From the IMG/VR virus record IMGVR_UViG_3300021962_000138, positions 1 to 54,236 of that record: a DNA stretch of 54,236 nt; one strand, 5' to 3'. The stretch's first letter is position 1, and every line of letters starts with the position of its first letter. Shown piece by piece: positions 47,344 to 54,236 of this stretch. The position numbers and the translations under genes are program-made. The stretch comes from a virus. Its lineage: Duplodnaviria; Caudoviricetes. The notes beneath the pieces are model-generated. The model did not search any database. It saw nothing but the letters and a program-made list of their open reading frames with translations, and was not told the DNA's origin.

Positions 47344-49816
47344 CGGCTTCAACTTCCTTTGTTCTATCTTGACTATTTAAGTGCTTCGCTTTATTTTGTA
47401 ATTTAAGGTCTTTGAACTTGTCATTATAAATATTCCAAATACCTTCATCTGTGCTTTTATCAACGGGTTTTTGTTCATAGCCCGTCCATGCTATCCACAT
47501 TTTTTCTCCTTTTGTTTCTACAACTCTAAAATGAAGTTTAGTTTCAAACTTATTTCCTTTTAGAATGTATTCATGATAGCCATGTCTTTGAACACCTAAT
47601 TGAACTTCTCCTTCATCAAGTAATTTAGTTCTATCTATATTTGTAGATATTTCAGCAGGATATTTTACGGCTTTTCCAAAGAAAGCAAAAATATCATCAT
47701 CAGTAGCAATATCAATATTCCAATTTAGAATTTCTTCTTTATGCTCTACTGCAAAAGAAAGATTGCCGTCCTTTCTAAGATAGACTTTAAATTGAGAAGA
47801 TTCTTTAACAATTTTATCATGTTCTGCAATTACAATATTATTTTTAACTGTAAGACCATCTCTTAAATTAATCCATTCTCCTAGTTCTTTTTTATTAGAT
47901 TCTAGTAGAGTTTCATAATCATTAGCATATTCTTTTAAAAGAAAATTATGAACATCTATAACTGTTTGGGGTTTATTTTTATTTTTGATGAAGTTAATTA
48001 TTGCTACTGTAAGTTTTCCTTGCATCGTTTTGAGAGTTTCTTCTGCTTCTTCTTTCCAAAAATCTAAATCTTGTAGGGCATTCTTAGACATTAGATTGTT
48101 TTCTTGAAAACCATAAATAGTAAATCCGTCCATACTTTTAGCAATAATAGTAGCAGTTCCGTGAATATTATCTGTAATCGTTATACCTTTTTTAAGAGCC
48201 TCAACATTATATTTTAGAGAAGGCTTAGTATCTTTAGCCAACATCTCTAATGTAACTATTTTATCGGGTTCTTCGACTTCGGGTATTTCTATGACCTTAG
48301 CAGAATAAAGTGTATATTTTCCCCCACTTTCTTTTACTTCATCTACTTTGACTCTAATGATTTGGCCAACATCAACAACGGTTTTTGTGTTGAGGGCTTT
48401 ACCAACATTCATGTAAAATTTACCGTTTATTTCAGTTCCGCCCTCTTCTTCATCAATTGGCCCTGCCCCTAAAGTATAGGAATACATACCCGATTTTGTG
48501 CCTTTCTTATCAAGAACAATCAAATCTAAATCTACAAATTTCTTCCATTTTACCCATTTAGGATTTTTCTTTGTTCCTATGAAATATGTGGATTCTATAT
48601 CCTTGATAACAACTCCTTCGGAAGTAGGCATTTCCATAATTTCTTCTGCGTATTCCTTTACATCTTTTAGATTATCTGCAATCCTAGTATCTTTTTTAGA
48701 AGGAAAGAATAAATCTTCCGAAGATTTTGTAGAGTAATTATTGAATAGAATATTGATTCTTTTTCTCAATGGTTCATCTGTTAGTTTTTGATTTTCATGC
48801 CTCAAAATATCAAAAACATGGGCTTTGAGTCTAGACTCTTTGTAGGAATTTTTGAAAATATGGGCTATTGTATCGGCCCTATGAAGTGCTTTATCACCAT
48901 CAAACAGTATCAATTCAGCATCAAGAATACAATCCCCGTATTCCTTTTTCTCTAATTCTTTGACTTGTTCTTTACACTTCTCGGTAATGTCTTTTTCATT
49001 ATATGAATAGATTGAAACCTTGCCGTCTATTTTGTGTAATTGGATTCTCATTCCGTCATATTTTTCTTGAACTACATATTCTCCGCTAAACCCTTTGAGT
49101 TCATTCATATCTTCAATGTCAAAAATTCGATACATTGGTTTATTTGGAACTAAGAAATGAACATTCGCTTTTTGTTCTTTTTGAATTTCTACAAGTTCTT
49201 CAAATTCTTCTTCTTCATGTTTTGAGAAATAAAATAATTCTAGAATGTTAAGTGCTTCCTCTACTTTCTTTTCTACTTGTTTTGTATCTTTATCATCACC
49301 ATAATGTTCAATAATATAGAGGCTAATATCTTCTTCTTGTAAATCAAGACCTTGAAGCCCGACAGTTAAAGTATCTTCTTCCATATCTTTGATTGAATAT
49401 ATATCTTTAGGTAGGGCTTTATCATCGGAGCGAAGAGCATAATGAACAAATTTAACCATTGTTTCGGGCGAAGATAAAAGAGCCTCTAATACATCTCCCT
49501 TAAATTTGTCAGCGAATGGGTCTTCTACTTTTTCGGAATCATATCTCATAAGTTTAATTGCTTCATAAATATCTTTAGCAACATTCGATTCGGGGTTTTT
49601 AGCATCTTTATCTTCTATTTTTTCTTCTCCAACATAATTTTCTAATTCGTCTTTTATTTCCGAAGAAAAGGCTCGATTGATTTCTTCAATGATATTTCGC
49701 CAACGCCCCCCATATTCTTTGGGGTCTTCTTTTGCTGAAAGATATGCTACTCTTGTTTTCTCAAAGAGTCGAAGGATTACATTAGAAGCGTTATCTTTTT
49801 CGATAAGATACGCCAT
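47324..49816 (-). CDS. second ATP-dependent ligase-like multidomain protein in the head module
   Basis: QEKYDGMR, LDAEL, FDIL, EGVVIK, WVKWK, OB domain; long acidic N-terminus and extra C-terminal domain. Confidence 0.85.
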   Translation of the reverse strand: MAYLIEKDNASNVILRLFEKTRVAYLSAKEDPKEYGGRWRNIIEEINRAFSSEIKDELENYVGEEKIEDKDAKNPESNVAKDIYEAIKLMRYDSEKVEDPFADKFKGDVLEALLSSPETMVKFVHYALRSDDKALPKDIYSIKDMEEDTLTVGLQGLDLQEEDISLYIIEHYGDDKDTKQVEKKVEEALNILELFYFSKHEEEEFEELVEIQKEQKANVHFLVPNKPMYRIFDIEDMNELKGFSGEYVVQEKYDGMRIQLHKIDGKVSIYSYNEKDITEKCKEQVKELEKKEYGDCILDAELILFDGDKALHRADTIAHIFKNSYKESRLKAHVFDILRHENQKLTDEPLRKRINILFNNYSTKSSEDLFFPSKKDTRIADNLKDVKEYAEEIMEMPTSEGVVIKDIESTYFIGTKKNPKWVKWKKFVDLDLIVLDKKGTKSGMYSYTLGAGPIDEEEGGTEINGKFYMNVGKALNTKTVVDVGQIIRVKVDEVKESGGKYTLYSAKVIEIPEVEEPDKIVTLEMLAKDTKPSLKYNVEALKKGITITDNIHGTATIIAKSMDGFTIYGFQENNLMSKNALQDLDFWKEEAEETLKTMQGKLTVAIINFIKNKNKPQTVIDVHNFLLKEYANDYETLLESNKKELGEWINLRDGLTVKNNIVIAEHDKIVKESSQFKVYLRKDGNLSFAVEHKEEILNWNIDIATDDDIFAFFGKAVKYPAEISTNIDRTKLLDEGEVQLGVQRHGYHEYILKGNKFETKLHFRVVETKGEKMWIAWTGYEQKPVDKSTDEGIWNIYNDKFKDLKLQNKAKHLNSQDRTKEVEADDTNAS
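47373..47380 (-). promoter_or_regulatory. putative TATA box for protease-capsid transcript
   Basis: TTAAATAG about 30 nt upstream of ATG 47343. Confidence 0.3.
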
Positions 49817-49827
49817 TTTTCATCACT

Positions 49828-50220
49828 TTATTCATAGCCTAAATCTCGCATAATTGCATCTACAATTCTCGTAAATTCCATTAAATGTTTATCGTAGTCC
49901 AATATTTTTTTATCTACTAAAGGGTTAATCAAAGAATAAACATTATCAAATGCACTATTTAATTGATTTTTTAGTTTTGAGTTCAATTCTTGCTTTTTCA
50001 CACTTTCACCTGCTAAACCATATCCCGAATGTGTATTTTTATTGTTTTCAATTTTAGTATTGTCATTTTCAGCCTTTGGTCTTTTGACTTTGACTTCTTC
50101 CATATCATCATCATAAGGCAAATTTACTTCGTTTTCTTGTTGAATAAGTTGTTTTACTAAACGAAGTTGTTCTACTGTCTGTCTAATTATTGCTTCTTCT
50201 TTGGTAACTTTTTCGGGCAT
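49828..50220 (-). CDS. hypothetical protein
   Basis: Start MPEKVT after GGAGG. Confidence 0.55.
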   Translation of the reverse strand: MPEKVTKEEAIIRQTVEQLRLVKQLIQQENEVNLPYDDDMEEVKVKRPKAENDNTKIENNKNTHSGYGLAGESVKKQELNSKLKNQLNSAFDNVYSLINPLVDKKILDYDKHLMEFTRIVDAIMRDLGYE

Positions 50221-50221
50221 T

Positions 50222-50455
50222 TTATCTTCCTCCATTTACAAATTTATCAATGTCTTCCCAACTCATTTTATGGATTGCATCGGAATCGGGAACTCCCATG
50301 TTTGTCATTGAAGGTGTTGGTGTTTCAGTAACTACAAATCCCGACTTCATCAATAAGTTGTCTTTATGATAAACGGCTCTTTCTAGTTCTTTTATTCTAT
50401 CAGTTAGTGCTTTTAGAATTTCTAAAAGTTCAGTATCTTGTTCTACATCATTCAT
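50222..50455 (-). CDS. small coiled-coil protein with scaffold-like C-terminus
   Basis: DAIHKMSWEDIDKFV resembles the scaffold end DEISDMSWSDIHKAV. Confidence 0.6.
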   Translation of the reverse strand: MNDVEQDTELLEILKALTDRIKELERAVYHKDNLLMKSGFVVTETPTPSMTNMGVPDSDAIHKMSWEDIDKFVNGGR

Positions 50456-51890
50456 CTCTTAAATCCCCCTTTCTTTTTGGAAATACTACTTCTCTTAATT
50501 GACGATATAGTAACTCATACTCTTTACGAAGTCTGCTACTTAACGCTACCATATCAATATTCCTCTCGTCAATAGATTCAAACCTTTTTTTCATTTTATT
50601 GTCAGATTTTATTAAATCTAATTCTTTGAGCATATCAATTAGTTCACCTAATCGAGTAAAGTCTTGACCAAAATATTCTGTTGGCTCAACTGATTGTAAG
50701 GTTTTCTTGAGTCTTTTTCTTTCTTTATCATCTAAAGTGTCTAGAATTGGGCTGAATTCTTTTTCGATTTCTTGTTTTTTAATGAATGTTTCTAAATATT
50801 CATTTACATATTCTTCTAATTCCTTTATGTTAGAATTTAATTCGGACTCATACAGTTCGGCATTTTCTTCTTTTAGTCTATCATTCAAATTCATTAAATC
50901 TTCATCGGAAATAGTATCTTCTACATTATCTAAACTAGAAACATATTCTTCAATTATTCTATCTAAATCATCAAGTTCAAAAGCCATTGAATAAGGGTCA
51001 TCTAGTGTGCTACTAAAAAGAGTAGCCATATCTTCTACAAATCTACCTCTATATCCTGCTATGTTTTCTTCTTTATTCAAACGATAAAATAATACAGTTA
51101 CTATTTTTGTAGGTCTATTTATTTCTAATAAGCGAGATAAAATATCCTCTTCGTAATTTGCCCTAAGAAATATTTCGTTATCTTCATCATTCAAAGTCGA
51201 ATTCAAAATCTTATTTATTCTTCTTCCTAAGTTTTTCAGTTCTCTAAACTGTTCTTGTTCTTTATAGGGTTGAGTTGTAATGATAAGTTTTCCCTTATCT
51301 TGAATAAAATACATTACATCATTAGAGTCTTTTTCTATTCTTTCTAGAAAATTTCCTAATCCATCAATTTTTTTAGCCCAATCTAAATTAGAAGAAAAAG
51401 GGCCATTTTGGAATTTTTCAAGACTAGTTTCAATATTTTTTATAATTTTAATATATGATTCTTGTATTTTTTTATCTTTAAATTCTCCTCTTACGATACC
51501 TTCAAAGATTTTAGAGGCTTCTACTATTGTTGTAGGAGGTTTTATTTTTGTTATTCTTTTCAATTCTAACGCAGTTTCATATATTGAAACTAAAAGTGTA
51601 TTTAAAAATGAAGTGTCTATGTCTTTAGATAAAGATTTTAGATACTTTTTAATTTTGTTAAGGCTATCATCAACAGATTTAGATTCCTCTTCATTTAGAT
51701 AGTCGTTTTTATATTCATCTGTATTAGCAACATATCTATTCACTTCTTTAATATATTGTTCAAGCCCATCCCCTTTCTCACTATCAAATCTACGCATAGC
51801 ATCTTCAACAGTAATTCCTTTAGGCATTCTGCCGCTTCTATCTAAAGAGTCCTCTTCATTTTCTGCTTTAAGGATAGAAGTCCAAGACAT
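50448..51890 (-). CDS. acidic helical hypothetical protein
   Basis: Start MSWTSILKAE after GGTGA. Confidence 0.6.
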   Translation of the reverse strand: MSWTSILKAENEEDSLDRSGRMPKGITVEDAMRRFDSEKGDGLEQYIKEVNRYVANTDEYKNDYLNEEESKSVDDSLNKIKKYLKSLSKDIDTSFLNTLLVSIYETALELKRITKIKPPTTIVEASKIFEGIVRGEFKDKKIQESYIKIIKNIETSLEKFQNGPFSSNLDWAKKIDGLGNFLERIEKDSNDVMYFIQDKGKLIITTQPYKEQEQFRELKNLGRRINKILNSTLNDEDNEIFLRANYEEDILSRLLEINRPTKIVTVLFYRLNKEENIAGYRGRFVEDMATLFSSTLDDPYSMAFELDDLDRIIEEYVSSLDNVEDTISDEDLMNLNDRLKEENAELYESELNSNIKELEEYVNEYLETFIKKQEIEKEFSPILDTLDDKERKRLKKTLQSVEPTEYFGQDFTRLGELIDMLKELDLIKSDNKMKKRFESIDERNIDMVALSSRLRKEYELLYRQLREVVFPKRKGDLRDE

Positions 51891-51895
51891 AATGC

Positions 51896-52120
51896 TCACC
51901 ATTTATTTTCTGTTCGTGGTCTTTTCTTGATAGGTAATTGAATAGCATCGGGAGTATCAGCAGAACCAACTTTAGATTTATGGGTTGTATCGGGTGGAAG
52001 TCCACCTAAAGAATAATCCCTAGATGGCCTAACTTGATTATCGTTTGACATTTTTTCTGCTCTTACTTTCGCTAATTCTTTTACTAATCTTCTCTCTTTT
52101 TGTCCTATATCTTCTGTCAT
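51896..52120 (-). CDS. small hypothetical protein
   Basis: Start MTEDIG just after the portal stop. Confidence 0.5.
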   Translation of the reverse strand: MTEDIGQKERRLVKELAKVRAEKMSNDNQVRPSRDYSLGGLPPDTTHKSKVGSADTPDAIQLPIKKRPRTENKW

Positions 52121-52121
52121 A

Positions 52122-53765
52122 TTAACCAATTCTCCTTTCACTTCTTCTATCTACATTTTGGTTTCCCGCATCTGTCGGCAATCCCGTAAATCTCTTATCG
52201 GGGCCTACGCTCATCGAGGGTTTATTTCTTGTGGTTGCAGGATTCTCTTGAGGTTTAGAAGGCATACCTCCACCTTCTGCAAATTGTCTTTGCATTTCAT
52301 CTAAATCTCTTTGGTCTAAATTTGACCCTGCTAATGAATTACTTTCTATTGCTTTTTCAGTAGGGGCTTCTTGTGTTTCTACGGGTTCGGGCTTCTTAAA
52401 AGTAAAGTTTCCATCTTCGTCCATTTCAACTTCAAATCCAAGATTTTTAGTAGAAGCGGCAATATTAACTTCAAGTTCTCTCTTTCTCAATACTGCAATT
52501 TCATCTTCTTCTTCACTTGGAGGTAGTTTCAAATTCCAATCTGTAATACCGAATTGCTTAACCAAAAAAGGAAATACATAATTATTATACACATTTTGAG
52601 CCATTTGAACTGCTCGGTTAGTAACAAGGATTTGCATACCTTCATTATTCAATCCTCCACTTGTAGTATTGTCAGCCATAAACACTTTACTTACACCATA
52701 AAATGCTGAAATCCTATCTCTTAAATCATCTTTAACTGAAACATAATCCATTTCTTTTAGACTATCCATGAACTTAATCCATTCAACAGACCCCTTTCCA
52801 TTTTCTGCTTCTATTCCCATAACAGGAATATAATGGGGGTCTTGTTCCATTCTTTCTTTGACTCCACGCCAAAAGGCCGCCATTGAATCCATATTTCTTG
52901 TTTGAACTGCGAGAATCCCTCTCGGCATACGGCTTTTTGTATAAGACGAATTAACATAAGTTTCCATAGCAATAAGAGTCATAATATGATTGAATAAAGT
53001 AAGAATAGGGGATTGACCATAAAGCCTACTAGGATTATATTTACTAAAGTGAAGTATTTCTCCTTCAATATAATATTGCTCTTCTCCATTTGCTCTATTT
53101 ACATAATGAATGGGGAGCAAATTACCTCCACAATCTTGACAATTTTCATACGGTTCAATAGAAATATAATTTCTATGATTGATACAAGTAAAGCCCTTTG
53201 TTCCACGAATACCTACTTCATCAGCATAAATACTCATAGTAACAGGGTCGCCCCTAAATAATTCTTTGATACGGTGCATACGGATTTTACCATTACCGTC
53301 TAAATAATATTCTTTTACAAGAACAATATAAGCATCATCCATAATATTCAAATCCTCTTCTAATTCTTTTAGAACATCAATAAAGAGTTGCTCGGATTTA
53401 TTGATATATCCCTCTAGAAATTTTTCAGCATATTCTAACTGTTTGGGATTTGGTAATGCTAGATTATTAGAACCACATCTAGAACATTCAGTAACAGGTC
53501 TTTTATGTGTTTTTTGACATTCGTTACATCGGCTTTCATAGGCTTTTTCCCAAACATACCCTCTTCTAAATATCTCTTGTTTGAGTTGAGTAATACAAGT
53601 CCGAACAATAACCGATTGACTTACGACATTATAAATCATAGGGGCGGTCATCATGTAGGAGTTTTCTCTTTCTTGAATCCCTACATTATACACCCTGCGG
53701 TCATTTGGCTTAGGGGTGCTTCTACGGAATAAATTCGTAAAGGAAAATCTACTTTTTTCAGCGAT
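52122..53765 (-). CDS. portal protein (with Zn-ribbon insertions; probable ATC start)
   Basis: EILHF..P...YGQSPI, P.GIL, DMDY..RI.A.YGV, F..L HK97-like portal motifs; the frame is open 24 codons upstream of the GTG at 53693. Confidence 0.88.
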   Translation of the reverse strand: MAEKSRFSFTNLFRRSTPKPNDRRVYNVGIQERENSYMMTAPMIYNVVSQSVIVRTCITQLKQEIFRRGYVWEKAYESRCNECQKTHKRPVTECSRCGSNNLALPNPKQLEYAEKFLEGYINKSEQLFIDVLKELEEDLNIMDDAYIVLVKEYYLDGNGKIRMHRIKELFRGDPVTMSIYADEVGIRGTKGFTCINHRNYISIEPYENCQDCGGNLLPIHYVNRANGEEQYYIEGEILHFSKYNPSRLYGQSPILTLFNHIMTLIAMETYVNSSYTKSRMPRGILAVQTRNMDSMAAFWRGVKERMEQDPHYIPVMGIEAENGKGSVEWIKFMDSLKEMDYVSVKDDLRDRISAFYGVSKVFMADNTTSGGLNNEGMQILVTNRAVQMAQNVYNNYVFPFLVKQFGITDWNLKLPPSEEEDEIAVLRKRELEVNIAASTKNLGFEVEMDEDGNFTFKKPEPVETQEAPTEKAIESNSLAGSNLDQRDLDEMQRQFAEGGGMPSKPQENPATTRNKPSMSVGPDKRFTGLPTDAGNQNVDRRSERRIG

Positions 53766-53815
53766 AGCATTCCCCTCCTAGTATATCCACGAATCTTTTA
53801 CTCTTAGTTTTTCGC

Positions 53816-54229
53816 CTACCAATTGAAGTTACAAGCCCACCAACCCGCAGTTAGTTTGTTTTTCTTGTCCTTACAATTGTGCCTTGATTTGAAATTTTTT
53901 CTTCTTTCGGGGTCTTTGTGTTGAAGGAAATCTTCCATTCCTCTAAACCCAAAATTGACAATTTTAATAATGGACTTCCCTCTTTCATAGACTCTAGCCA
54001 ATACTCGATATTTGCTTTGGCTACCCTTTGGGGCTCTTTTGGGTTTATTAAAAGCAGGAAATGTTTCTCCCCGATATTTAATTTGACCACTTTTTGTTCT
54101 TTCAACATCAGCCTTTACAATAGAATGAAATGCTTCATCGGATATGCAATCATCACAACATGATTTCATAAAAATATCATCGGGTATCTCATAATGAATT
54201 TCTTCTTTTAGTATTGTTTTCCAAATCAT
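53816..54229 (-). CDS. basic protein resembling DUF5754-type viral proteins
   Basis: KYRV..KIVNFG..GM.D...HKDPERRKNF..RH.C...TAGWW (family recalled from memory, not searched). Confidence 0.55.
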   Translation of the reverse strand: MIWKTILKEEIHYEIPDDIFMKSCCDDCISDEAFHSIVKADVERTKSGQIKYRGETFPAFNKPKRAPKGSQSKYRVLARVYERGKSIIKIVNFGFRGMEDFLQHKDPERRKNFKSRHNCKDKKNKLTAGWWACNFNW

Positions 54230-54236
54230 GCTAATG

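Noticed and set aside
632-54163. Numerous 60-130 aa antisense or alternate-frame ORFs (e.g. 3199-3384, 18523-18924, 25147-25452, 46466-46735)
   Set aside because: They lie inside well-supported genes, oppose the arm-wide strand polarity, and have shadow-like composition.
53766-54236. Terminase large subunit upstream of the portal
   Set aside because: No Walker or nuclease motifs in the window; it presumably lies beyond the right edge.

Overview
This AT-rich window is a large piece of a tailed archaeal dsDNA virus genome (Caudoviricetes). It is most likely a Magrovirus-type virus of Marine Group II Euryarchaeota (Poseidoniales); that assignment rests on gene content and GGTGA/GGAGG ribosome-binding sites, not on a database search. 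Two arms converge on a strong hairpin at about 21.6 kb. The + arm (1-21595) carries a ThiF/E1 + JAB pair, bacterial-type GroES/GroEL, and a near-complete archaeal-type replisome: ATP-dependent ligase, RFC pair, RPA-like protein, Sak4-like ATPase, PCNA, a split PolB, Cas4-like nuclease, primase, XPF/ERCC4 nuclease, MCM-like helicase and a DEDD exonuclease. The - arm (21682-54229) is a siphovirus-like morphogenesis module: portal, protease/scaffold, HK97-type capsid protein, adaptor, tail tube, frameshifted tail chaperones, tape measure, a giant hub, a fibre and a beta-propeller. No terminase lies in the window. The best candidate for an undescribed system is a cassette between head and neck genes (about 40.7-43.8 kb). 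It encodes two membrane proteins, an Arf/Sar-like small GTPase, a Pro-rich Zn-binding protein and a protein with a WW-like motif, and may be a membrane-remodelling or egress system. Other notable items are a shared N-terminal W-x-x-I-L-K tag on unrelated late proteins (possible capsid-targeting/cleavage signal), a second ligase inside the head module, a scaffold-tail mimic, apparent ATC/ATT start codons, and strong apparent avoidance of several short motifs.
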